In this document: positions 39,853 to 49,453 of the stretch, piece by piece | Layout: the number at the start of each line of letters is the position of its first letter | How positions within the stretch are numbered: the stretch's first letter is position 1 | The notes under the pieces: generated by a model | Seen by the model: only the letters and a program-made list of their open reading frames with translations | The model's database searches: none | What the model was told of the DNA's origin: nothing | Origin: Ignavibacteriota bacterium | Lineage (GTDB): Bacteria; Bacteroidota; Ignavibacteria; UBA10030 | DNA: 64,000 nucleotides | NCBI GenBank assembly: GCA_963727825.1 | Contig: CAVSHO010000011.1 | Coordinates: 395,282 to 459,281, forward strand | Reading direction: 5' to 3' | Program-made: the position numbers and the translations under genes

Positions 39853-42672
39853 ATGAAGTGTCCTCAATGTTCAACAGAAATTCTTGATTCTACAAAATTC
39901 TGTCCCGAATGCGGTAATCCTCTATCACCTTTGGTGAAGCTTCCTGATCTAAATGTTGATCGCACTAATCTTTTACAAACTTACATTCCGGCGGAACTCG
40001 CTAAAAGAATTCTTTCTGCCGGCAAGCAGATCGAAAGTGAGCGCCGATTGGTCACCGTAGTCTTTGCCGATGTCAGCGGTTTCACTGCAATGTCTGAAAA
40101 GCTCGATCCTGAAGAAGTCTCTTCTGTACTAAATGACTGCTTTAGAGGGCTCATCTCCATCGTCTACAAGTACGAAGGAGTAATCGATAAATTCATCGGT
40201 GACGAAATCATGGCCATCTTCGGAGCTCCTCTGACACACGAGAATGACCCGGAGCGAGCTGTACGCTGCTCAATGGAAATGATGGAATATATGGAACGCT
40301 TCAATCAACTCAGTCCTGTAGCATTACCAGAACCGCTTGGGATACATATTTCGATGAATACCGGTATGGTAGTCGCAGGTAACGTCGGCAGCGATTTAAG
40401 GATGAACTACTCTATCATCGGAGATACGGTTAATCTTGCAAGCAGATTGAAACACTTTGCTGAACGCGGTGAGATTGTTGTCAGTGAGGATACTTATAGA
40501 ATTGTATCATCTCTTATTTCAACAGAAGAACCACAACTGGTAGAAATAAAAGGAAAAAGTGAACCGGTGAAGGTCTATAAAATTCTTTCGCTGAAAGGAG
40601 GAATAGAACCGGGAACGAGAGTGACACAAAAGAACCCCATCATTGGTAGAGAACAGGAAATAGAGCAACTTAAAAAAGCTATCCAGCAAGTTCTCCATAA
40701 AAAAGAACAGCGGTTGTTCATACGCGGTGAAGCTGGTGTGGGAAAAACCCGGTTGAAACTGGAGTTAATCCAGCATGCAAAATCATCTGGTATTACGGCT
40801 TATGAAGGAAAATGTTCGAGCTTTGAGATCAATACTCCATATTACCTATGGACAACATTATTGAAAGACATCCTTCAACTGAAAGCAGATGCCATAGAAA
40901 GCGAAACACGCAAGCGACTTCACGATATGCTTCAGATCCTCTCACTAGAAAAGCAGGAGCCATATCTGGCCACGTTATTGTCTTTGAGATACGAAGAGAT
41001 ACTATTGGAAGAAGATCAAGGGCGCAAGAAGCGCATATTTGAATCTTTGAAGGAGTTAATCCGAGCGTTAGCTAATAGAAAGCCGTTACTGTTTCTTCTT
41101 GAAGACGTTCACTGGATCGACCGATTCTCGCAGGATATGCTAAAATATTTATTCACTGAAGAACGGCTTGCACCCGCGATGTTCGTGACGTTATTCAGAG
41201 ATGAGTATACGCATTCCAAAGAACTGATTGAAAAAGGTGGCACACTCATAGATCTAAACCGATTAACAAGACCAGATGCGCAGAAACTGATGTGTGCAAG
41301 ATTAAATGCAGATGAAGTACCAAACAATCTTGCCGAACTCATCTACAAACGCTCAGAGGGGAATCCGTTCTTCATCGAAGAGTTAGTAAAGACATTAATA
41401 GATAAAAACATTGTTGCCGTCAAAAAACAGAAACTGGAGATATTGAAATCAGACTTCGAGAGCATACTTCCCGAGACCGTTCAAGGAGTCATTATGGCAC
41501 GCATTGATCGTCTGGAAGAGAAACTAAAAGATGTTCTTTACAGTGCATCGGTAATCGGAAGAGAGTTCGATAAATCGCTCCTGAAAGAGATTTTGAAGAA
41601 GAAGGAAGCCGTTGATCCGTCGCTCACCGAATTGCTGTCTCTGGAGTTGATTCTGGAGAAGGAAGAAGCAAAGGAATTAGGGTATCTCTTCAAGCATTAC
41701 CTGATTCAGGAAGTCGCGTACAACACAATCCTGCAAAAAAAGCGTAGAGAACTCCACAAGCTGATCGCACAGGCGATTGAGAAGGTTTATGCCGAGAAGC
41801 TGAAAGATTTCTTCGAACTCCTCTCCTTCCATTACGAAAAGGCGGAAGAGTGGGAGAAAGCTGCCGATTATCTTAGCCGGGCGGGGAGAAAAGTAGGAGA
41901 GATTTTTTCAAAGGATGAGTCAAATGGATTTGTTGAACGTAAAGAAGTCGCCATTAACAGACTATTTGAATCAAAAGGTGAGCGTCGCTTAGGGTGGGTA
42001 ATCGCCGCGGGGTTGACAGCTGCTATTGCATTCATATTGGTGGTCCTGACTGTTTTGCCTACGTTATTTGTCTGGGGCATGTTGTACTTTATTATGACGC
42101 ACATCTATTTTTCATTAGAATTTAAAACCATTGTCATTATCATATATGCTTTATTGCTGATGCCCTGGGTCAGTGCAATTTTATTTTTCTATGGAGTTCT
42201 TCCAGCAATAAGAAGGCGACCAAAAATGATAGAACTTCTTGAGGATTGTATTATTATACGCTTTAAGGGTAACAAAGTCTTCAACATCTTTTTTTCCGAG
42301 ATCGAGAGTATACGATTGTTTGACCACACGCAGAAAAGCAAGAGAGCGTTGAAATATCGGTTGCTTGATCCTTTTTACAGAATCGCTGACTATTCGAAAT
42401 TTAGTATTGTGATGTGGCTCAATGATGTCGTTCTCGGAATTCTACCTCCCTATTTCTTTGGCTTCGGGTCTAAGAAAGGAGAAGTGCTGATTCGGAGGAA
42501 AAAAGGATGGAACAGACTAAGGTTGTTTATGCCTTGGCTAAATACAAGAAAGAGAAGCCGTACACTTAGTCTAACTCCCTCAGACCCAAAAGAATATTTC
42601 CAACAGATGGAATTGGCTTATGCAAAATGGAAAAGATTAACTTCATCTGAAAACAATCAGTTAAAGGTGTGA
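39853..42672 (+). CDS. Zinc ribbon-class III cyclase-AAA/STAND ATPase protein with C-terminal TM helices
   Basis: CPQC...CPECG, FADVSGFT, DKFIGDE, GDTVNLASRL, GEAGVGKT, LEDVHWID, EGNPFF; hydrophobic segments near the C-terminus. Confidence 0.9.
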   Translation: MKCPQCSTEILDSTKFCPECGNPLSPLVKLPDLNVDRTNLLQTYIPAELAKRILSAGKQIESERRLVTVVFADVSGFTAMSEKLDPEEVSSVLNDCFRGLISIVYKYEGVIDKFIGDEIMAIFGAPLTHENDPERAVRCSMEMMEYMERFNQLSPVALPEPLGIHISMNTGMVVAGNVGSDLRMNYSIIGDTVNLASRLKHFAERGEIVVSEDTYRIVSSLISTEEPQLVEIKGKSEPVKVYKILSLKGGIEPGTRVTQKNPIIGREQEIEQLKKAIQQVLHKKEQRLFIRGEAGVGKTRLKLELIQHAKSSGITAYEGKCSSFEINTPYYLWTTLLKDILQLKADAIESETRKRLHDMLQILSLEKQEPYLATLLSLRYEEILLEEDQGRKKRIFESLKELIRALANRKPLLFLLEDVHWIDRFSQDMLKYLFTEERLAPAMFVTLFRDEYTHSKELIEKGGTLIDLNRLTRPDAQKLMCARLNADEVPNNLAELIYKRSEGNPFFIEELVKTLIDKNIVAVKKQKLEILKSDFESILPETVQGVIMARIDRLEEKLKDVLYSASVIGREFDKSLLKEILKKKEAVDPSLTELLSLELILEKEEAKELGYLFKHYLIQEVAYNTILQKKRRELHKLIAQAIEKVYAEKLKDFFELLSFHYEKAEEWEKAADYLSRAGRKVGEIFSKDESNGFVERKEVAINRLFESKGERRLGWVIAAGLTAAIAFILVVLTVLPTLFVWGMLYFIMTHIYFSLEFKTIVIIIYALLLMPWVSAILFFYGVLPAIRRRPKMIELLEDCIIIRFKGNKVFNIFFSEIESIRLFDHTQKSKRALKYRLLDPFYRIADYSKFSIVMWLNDVVLGILPPYFFGFGSKKGEVLIRRKKGWNRLRLFMPWLNTRKRSRTLSLTPSDPKEYFQQMELAYAKWKRLTSSENNQLKV

Positions 42673-42771
42673 TGATTTCTTTTTAATTGTTACTTCAGCC
42701 CTTTATTTGCGAAAGATGCTATTAGAACAATGACGGTACTAAAATCTAAAATATAATTTGATGGGACATTT

Positions 42772-43878
42772 ATGAGCACGATGAGAACACGAAAAATGTT
42801 ATTATTATTAGCGATAGTGCTATTCTGTTTGGGATGCAACAAACAGGATGACTTACTTATACGCACCATTGTAATAGGAGGCGGATTATTCTCAGACGCG
42901 AATACTTTCAATATAGGTGCGTTTATTGTGTTTACACCTGATGGAACGACTATTGTAAATGGTTCTGGTAAGTGGTCATCGAATGACAATGTGATGAAAC
43001 TGTGGCGCGTGAGCGACGGAAGTCTCCAATATACAATCCGGATGAATGCCAAAAATGGCAATGTTCCTGCCGTCACTGCAATAACTTTTGATCCTTCCGG
43101 GCGACTATTAGCGACTGGGCACAGCGACAATATTATTAGAATATGGCGACTTAGTGACGGATCATTACTAAAAGCTTTCAAATCACCATACGTGGTTATC
43201 ACGGGTCTTAGCTATAGTCCCGATGGAAAAATCCTCGCCGGTTGTCATTCCGTCGGAACCCTTATATTGTGGAATATGGAAAATGATTCAATTATTCGAA
43301 CCCAATGGCCGTCCAGCAAGATGGAAGGATCATTCGTCAGAGCAAAATTCAATTCTGACGGTAGTGAGCTTATAACAGGAATGCTCAATGGAGAAATACT
43401 AATTCTACGTGTGAAAGATGGTGAACTTCTGCGAAAATTTGGTGAAAGTGATATTCCTGGTTATCCGGAAATGATTTCTCTTGTTGTGGCTCGCAGCGAA
43501 AATGTCTTAGCGACTATCCATACGGACGGCTTCGTTAAAATTTGGCGAATCAGTGATGGTTCTCTTGTGAAAACGATTAAATCAGATCCATCAATCTTCA
43601 ACCGTGTCGCTCTAAACACACAGGGAAACCTGTTGGCGATTGGTTCCTATTATTCTGAAGCCAGAGAGGCAGGGCCAAGCGATTGGTTTGGTATGATATT
43701 TGACAAAAGAAACTATAGTGTGAAGCTGTACAGGACTTCTGATGGAATTCTTCTTCATTCTTTTAAAGGACACAAATGGGATGTAACTTCAGTGAACTTC
43801 AGTCCAGATGATAAACTCCTGGCGAGTTTCGGAATGGATAGATCTATTAAAATTTGGGATATCAGAGGATTTAAATAA
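42772..43878 (+). CDS. WD40-repeat lipoprotein
   Basis: Lipobox CLGC; repeats such as GHKWDVTSVNFSPDDKLLAS...IKIWD. Confidence 0.88.
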   Translation: MSTMRTRKMLLLLAIVLFCLGCNKQDDLLIRTIVIGGGLFSDANTFNIGAFIVFTPDGTTIVNGSGKWSSNDNVMKLWRVSDGSLQYTIRMNAKNGNVPAVTAITFDPSGRLLATGHSDNIIRIWRLSDGSLLKAFKSPYVVITGLSYSPDGKILAGCHSVGTLILWNMENDSIIRTQWPSSKMEGSFVRAKFNSDGSELITGMLNGEILILRVKDGELLRKFGESDIPGYPEMISLVVARSENVLATIHTDGFVKIWRISDGSLVKTIKSDPSIFNRVALNTQGNLLAIGSYYSEAREAGPSDWFGMIFDKRNYSVKLYRTSDGILLHSFKGHKWDVTSVNFSPDDKLLASFGMDRSIKIWDIRGFK

Positions 43879-43989
43879 GTAAACTGTAAGGTTATAGTGA
43901 TGAAAGAAGTGCTTACAAGGACTCTATCTTTTTACAGGGGCACAATTAAAAAAACCTTTTAAACCTTTTAACAGATTTGAAATCGAATT

Positions 43990-44694
43990 ATGAAACTAAC
44001 CGAATTCAAGAGATATATTCTCATCGTTTGCCTGGCTGTGTCAGTTTTGGAAAGCTGCGACAGTCAAACATCCACCCGCATCCTGTTCATCGGCAATAGT
44101 TACACATTCTTCAACGGCGGTCTTAACAAACAATTAAAAGGGCTGGCTCCTTCAATTGAAACAGAGTGTATTGCTGTAGGTGGATATACTCTTGAGAAGC
44201 ATTGGACAGAAGGCAATGCCGTCCAAATGATTCGTGATGGAAAATGGGACTATGTCATTTTGCAGGAACAAAGCCAGATCCCAGTCATTAATCAGAAAAA
44301 GTTCTATGACTTTGCTCGAAAGTTCGACGAGGAAATCCGACAAAGTGGTGCAAAGACCATACTCTTAATGACGTGGGAACGACCTGACAGTAAACAACTT
44401 GGAGTCACAACGGACAACTTGGCAACCGCTTATACAGCTGTTGGAAAAGAACTGGGCGTCAAGGTAGCCCCAGCGGGACTAGCTTTCGCACGTTCCATTA
44501 GTGACAAGCCCGAACTTGCATTGTACAATCAGGATGGACATCCGACCGTGGAGGGGACTTACCTGGCAGCATGTGTTCTTTACCAAACAATATTTGAAAA
44601 CAGTCCTGTTGGAAATCCGTATTCGGAGGAATCTATTCCCGCTGAAATAAGAGCTTATCTACAAGGAATAGCGGCAGAGAATCCGGGGTTATGA
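43990..44694 (+). CDS. SGNH/GDSL hydrolase (DUF4886-like) lipoprotein
   Basis: LFIGNSYT, WDYVILQEQS, DGHP. Confidence 0.88.
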   Translation: MKLTEFKRYILIVCLAVSVLESCDSQTSTRILFIGNSYTFFNGGLNKQLKGLAPSIETECIAVGGYTLEKHWTEGNAVQMIRDGKWDYVILQEQSQIPVINQKKFYDFARKFDEEIRQSGAKTILLMTWERPDSKQLGVTTDNLATAYTAVGKELGVKVAPAGLAFARSISDKPELALYNQDGHPTVEGTYLAACVLYQTIFENSPVGNPYSEESIPAEIRAYLQGIAAENPGL

Positions 44695-44808
44695 CCGAGC
44701 AGAGTTTAGACATTGCGATTAGATTTAAACTGGTTTTAAATTAATCATTATTTAGTTCTACCTACTTTTATATGTATCTATAAATGCGAGGAAAAAATAG
44801 GATAGACA

Positions 44809-46086
44809 ATGTCTCCCACAAAGAAAAAATCCGTCTCAGCGCGACCGAATATCCGGAAGCTTGAATCGCTTATTGATGCAGCGAAACAACTCAACACCAC
44901 ATTTGATCTGGATAAACTTCTCTCCATCATTCTCGACCATGCCACGAAGAATCTCAATGCAGCACGAGGAACGATCTATCTCGTCGATGAACAGACAAAG
45001 GAGATTTGGTCGAAAGTGGTGAAAGGGACCGGGCTTATTGAAATCAGATTACCGATTGGGACTGGCATTTCCGGAACAGTTGCTAAGACAGGAAAAACAA
45101 TCAATGTGAAAGACGCAAGCAAAGATAAACGATTCTATTCGGCTATTGACAATAAATCTGGCTTCCATACAAAAACGATGCTTTGCAGGCCAATGAGAAA
45201 TAGAAATGGAGCCATTATAGGAGTCTTCCAGATCATCAACAAAAAACGAGGCGTTTTTAATCGTAACGATGAATTATTTCTGGATGCGTTTTCTGAGCAT
45301 GCGTCACTCGCCCTCGAAAATGCGAGACTATATCAAGCTGATCTTGAACATGCGCGAGTGGATAAAGAAATTCAGATCGCCGCTGAAATGCAGCAGCAGC
45401 TTTTCCCGAAAGAAATAATTCAAATCCCGTCGTATGAACTTTCTGCAACTGTCCAACCGTGTGCATCAATCGGCGGTGATTCGTACGACATCATTCCGCT
45501 CAAGGATGGAAAATTTGCTATCACTATCGCTAATGTCTCCGGAAAAGGAATCCCAGCCGCTCTTTTAGTATCGACTTTGCATGCTTTATTGCGAGTGTAC
45601 CTGCAGTATCCAATAGAATTGGTCGAGCTGGTTAGGAGATTGCATACTCTCGTTTACGATAATAGTCCGATAGAACGCTTCATCACTTTCTTTATCATGA
45701 TTTTTGATCCGATCAATCATAAGTTCACATATGTGAATGCCGGGCATAACCCGCCATTCCTTTTCCGAAAAAACAGAAATGATATTAACGAACTTATGGC
45801 AAGCGGTTTGCCTCTGGGAATGATGAAAGAACAGCAGTTTGAAATCCATCAAATAGATCTGGATCATGGCGATGTGTTGGTTTTGTATACTGACGGAGTG
45901 ACAGAGGCGGCAAATAAAAAGCTTCAGCAATTTGGTGAAGAGAAATTGCGGAAATGTGTTTTCAAAAACTTAGACATGACAGCCGACACGATTAAAGAAT
46001 GTGTAGTGAGGGATGTTCGAGGATTCGTCGGAAATTTTCCGATGTCCGATGATTTAACCTTAATGGTGCTGAAGAGAAACTCGTAG
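44809..46086 (+). CDS. GAF plus PP2C (SpoIIE/RsbU-type) phosphatase
   Basis: GAF domain (IIGVFQIINK), GGDSYD, NVSGKG, NAGHNPP, YTDGVTEA, SDDLT. Confidence 0.9.
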   Translation: MSPTKKKSVSARPNIRKLESLIDAAKQLNTTFDLDKLLSIILDHATKNLNAARGTIYLVDEQTKEIWSKVVKGTGLIEIRLPIGTGISGTVAKTGKTINVKDASKDKRFYSAIDNKSGFHTKTMLCRPMRNRNGAIIGVFQIINKKRGVFNRNDELFLDAFSEHASLALENARLYQADLEHARVDKEIQIAAEMQQQLFPKEIIQIPSYELSATVQPCASIGGDSYDIIPLKDGKFAITIANVSGKGIPAALLVSTLHALLRVYLQYPIELVELVRRLHTLVYDNSPIERFITFFIMIFDPINHKFTYVNAGHNPPFLFRKNRNDINELMASGLPLGMMKEQQFEIHQIDLDHGDVLVLYTDGVTEAANKKLQQFGEEKLRKCVFKNLDMTADTIKECVVRDVRGFVGNFPMSDDLTLMVLKRNS

Positions 46087-46248
46087 GCATTGAGGGAGGT
46101 ATTAAATTTAGGATACGAGAGGGTATTATCTAAAGCCAGGGGCATCGCACCCTGTTCCCGATGTATGGGGCAATATTTCTGCAAGGTCATGGGGATTAAG
46201 CCGGGCGATGGATTATTTCGAAACAAATAAAAGCATTGATGCGAAACG

Positions 46249-47892
46249 TTATATGCCCGGCTGAATATATCGAACAGGTGCAAAATAAAGCCGCTCATAT
46301 CTGCGTGGATCATTTTCAATTCGCGGTGGTAAATCAAAAATCATTGTTGGTCTGGTTTCTAAATTAAACCGCGGCCACTCGGGAATTGTTTTAATATTAG
46401 GATTACCAGTACGCGCAAACGCAATCCAGACGTCACTTATTATATCCGCCATCTTCTGTGCATCGGTAGTATTGTTTACCATCGTGGGGCAATATGCAAT
46501 ATTATCGAATGAAAGTGGAATATCCAATCCGTGAGGTGATTTCCATTTTCCGCCGTTGACCGGCGTCCGCCAATTAAGCTGATATACGTACGTAGGTGCC
46601 GCGTTTTGTATCGCTCTTCGTTCCGATTCAATTACGAATCCCTTCCACGAACGCGCCGCAGTCGATGCGGCAAAGAAAATATCTGATGGCGAATACTGCG
46701 GATACCATTGCCGGTATGCAGCGATGATATCTTGTGGAGTGAGATCACCGATGAATTGTTTTACGGATTTTTGAATTCGTGCCGGCAATTCTTCCCACGA
46801 GAGATCGAACAATGTCGAGTCGCCGCCGCCGATCAGAATCGTTGTCTCGTCATGTGTATTTCCCATCATCATTGGAATATCGGCAGACAAAGGTGATGCA
46901 TCGGGATCGAACGGATCGCGCGGTAACACAAGACTGTCGGTGACCGGTCCGAAATACATATCGCGGGAAGCTTCAATCAAGCGCTCCATTGGAATTGTAT
47001 CGAGTTCGCTGGAGCGATCGGGCATTAGCCCCAGGTTCTTCAACACCTGCAATGCCGTTTCTGTAGCATGCTTTTTTGTCCTTCCGGTAAGCTGTTGTCC
47101 GCTTTCTGTAATGACGCGTTGGAATAATCCTTTCGCAGCAGGCATTGCCGTCAGTGTTGCGCATTTTGCGCCGCCACCGGATTGTCCGAATATCGTTACA
47201 TTCTTCGGATCGCCACCGAATTCTGTAATATTATCCCGCACCCATTGCAAGGCGAGGACCAAATCCAGCATACCGGCGTTTCCTGATTCTGCAAATTCTT
47301 TTCCGCGTATTTCTGCTAGATAAAGATAACCGAAAACATTCAACCGATGATTGACTGTAACAACGACGACATCTCCTCTCTTGCATAAACGAACGCCATC
47401 CAGCATATCGAAGTTACTTGACGAATTATTATATCCTCCGCCATGAATATACACCATCACGGGTCGTTTGTTACCGTCGTGTAATGCCGGAGTCCATACA
47501 TTTAAATGCAGGCAATCCTCACTTATCCGGGTTCCTTCCTTAGGCGACGGGAAAAAAATATATCTGCCTGTCATCTGTTGTGGGGCGAACGGCCCAAACT
47601 CCTGCGCATCGCGTATGCCGCTCCATAGCTTTGGTGGAAGAGGCGGTTTAAAACGATGCAGCGCTGTATTGTCGCCGTACGGAATTCCTTTAAAGGCGCA
47701 AATACCGTTATCGATATAACCGCGAATTATTCCCGCTGTTGTTGTCGCGATGGGTGCATTATCTGCTGCTGAAACTGCGGACAAATGCATGCCAGAAAAT
47801 AATACCGCAATCATCCAATGTTTTAGGCTCAATACCGTGCTGCTGTGTAATGGTTTTATACTGTTCTCATTGAGCAGAAGTAATTGCTTCAA
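46249..47892 (-). CDS. Carboxylesterase type B (PnbA-like)
   Basis: FKGIPYG, SEDCLHLNVW, HGGG, FGGDPKNVTIFGQSGG. Confidence 0.93.
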   Translation of the reverse strand: MKQLLLLNENSIKPLHSSTVLSLKHWMIAVLFSGMHLSAVSAADNAPIATTTAGIIRGYIDNGICAFKGIPYGDNTALHRFKPPLPPKLWSGIRDAQEFGPFAPQQMTGRYIFFPSPKEGTRISEDCLHLNVWTPALHDGNKRPVMVYIHGGGYNNSSSNFDMLDGVRLCKRGDVVVVTVNHRLNVFGYLYLAEIRGKEFAESGNAGMLDLVLALQWVRDNITEFGGDPKNVTIFGQSGGGAKCATLTAMPAAKGLFQRVITESGQQLTGRTKKHATETALQVLKNLGLMPDRSSELDTIPMERLIEASRDMYFGPVTDSLVLPRDPFDPDASPLSADIPMMMGNTHDETTILIGGGDSTLFDLSWEELPARIQKSVKQFIGDLTPQDIIAAYRQWYPQYSPSDIFFAASTAARSWKGFVIESERRAIQNAAPTYVYQLNWRTPVNGGKWKSPHGLDIPLSFDNIAYCPTMVNNTTDAQKMADIISDVWIAFARTGNPNIKTIPEWPRFNLETRPTMIFDLPPRIENDPRRYERLYFAPVRYIQPGI

Positions 47893-48251
47893 TTTACTAT
47901 CACGGAATAATTCATCTCTTTTAATTTTTCTGCCGCACGTGCTCGCTGATCACCTTGCAGTTCAATCTTTCCTTCTTTCACAGTGCCGCCGGTTCCGCAA
48001 AATTGCTTCAACATTCGCGCTATATCTTCCATTGTCGCCGGATTATGTCGTAAGCCGTTTATAATCGTTACAATTTTTCCTTTTCTTCCATGTGTATCCA
48101 GAGCAAGATGAACTGTTTTTCCTTTGCCATCGTGCTTTCGCTTTTCAGGAGCAGGAATAGTCATTTGTGGTTCAAGCAGTCGTTCCAAATCCGAAAGAGA
48201 ATGATATTTTTTTTGACGTTCCATTTTGGGTGCAAGATAAGCAGCATTCAA
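47889..48251 (-). CDS. Translation initiation factor SUI1/YciH family
   Basis: GRKGKIVT, LKQFCGTGGTVKEG-IELQGD; start uncertain. Confidence 0.9.
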   Translation of the reverse strand: MNAAYLAPKMERQKKYHSLSDLERLLEPQMTIPAPEKRKHDGKGKTVHLALDTHGRKGKIVTIINGLRHNPATMEDIARMLKQFCGTGGTVKEGKIELQGDQRARAAEKLKEMNYSVIVN

Positions 48252-48380
48252 TATAACGGACAGTTAAAGGGGAAGATTAGTAAGTTTTAAAAATTGAAAT
48301 GATATGCGGTGTATAGAGTTATTGCACGACACCGTATAAGATATCTTATAATTCCAACAAAATATAATTATCTACGATTC

Positions 48381-48704
48381 CTATTTAATAGATGCTCGTA
48401 GCTTAACTTTTAAATCGTGAATGTGCTGACGGATATCTTTCAGCTGAGCGTAGTCTTTGCTCGCTACAGCTGTAGAGCGTTTCTTCTTCCAATTCCGAAT
48501 CTCCAACTTCATAGAACTTTTTCCAGCTATCTTTGCTTGATGATGAACGTGACCTTCGATACCCAGCGCTATACAAAGTGCAGGCACAAGTTTTTCTTTA
48601 TGCATCGTAATGTGCCCATGAACGGCTTCGTGATCGATACCGTCGGCGATCTTCCGCAGTTCGCTTACCGACATCTTGTTGAGTTCTTCATATGTGTATG
48701 CCAT
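48381..48704 (-). CDS. Small basic protein with Rho-N-like helix-extension-helix
   Basis: EELNKMSVSELRKIA...KEKLV; AGGAGG SD. Confidence 0.65.
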   Translation of the reverse strand: MAYTYEELNKMSVSELRKIADGIDHEAVHGHITMHKEKLVPALCIALGIEGHVHHQAKIAGKSSMKLEIRNWKKKRSTAVASKDYAQLKDIRQHIHDLKVKLRASIK

Positions 48705-48770
48705 TGAGCATCCTCCTGTGTTGTATGATTACCACAATTACATAAGTTGTTTTCGAGAATAAATCTGAAT

Positions 48771-49328
48771 TCAAATCTTTTTAAATACTGCTGAATGACT
48801 TTTCCTTATGTTTGGCGAATCTAAAAGTTTCATCCCCTTGTTTTGCACAATAGAAAGTGTATTCTGAAATTCTTCTTTTGTAACATGTCCCTGAGGCTCA
48901 GAAATTAACAACAATCCGTCTTTTTTGAGTGATTGAATAATTTCAGAGAACAGCTGCTTTTGATCAGGCACTTCATGCACAACTGCGAATGCTAGCGCGA
49001 AATCTACAATACCTGCAAGATCATTTATTTGAAGCGAGGATTCGCTGCAAAGACGAATATCAATTCTATCAAGAAGATTCCTTTTTGAAGCGCGGCGTTG
49101 AAGACTTTTCAGCATTTTTTCTTGCATATCAACACAATAAATACGTCCTTTTTCTCCAACAAGTCTCGCCATTGGTATGCTGAAGAATCCCATCCCAGGG
49201 CCAACTTCTAAAACCTTCATTCCATGTTTTATATATGGACTGAGAATCTTTTCTGGATTCTGAAATAAACGCCGCAAAGGATTTGCTAAGAAATATCCCA
49301 AGTACCATGGACATACATGCGTTCCCAT
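48771..49328 (-). CDS. Class I SAM-dependent methyltransferase
   Basis: VLEVGPGMGFF, CVDMQ, VVHEV. Confidence 0.9.
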   Translation of the reverse strand: MGTHVCPWYLGYFLANPLRRLFQNPEKILSPYIKHGMKVLEVGPGMGFFSIPMARLVGEKGRIYCVDMQEKMLKSLQRRASKRNLLDRIDIRLCSESSLQINDLAGIVDFALAFAVVHEVPDQKQLFSEIIQSLKKDGLLLISEPQGHVTKEEFQNTLSIVQNKGMKLLDSPNIRKSHSAVFKKI

Positions 49329-49453
49329 ATTATTCTTTCCTTCGCTACAAAATTAATCAGAAATTCTAAACCATAATGGACATTTTCATAGTTAAATATT
49401 AGGCCTGAAGCAAATAACTCGAAATGAAGATGGATGCACAGCGACAGATACGC

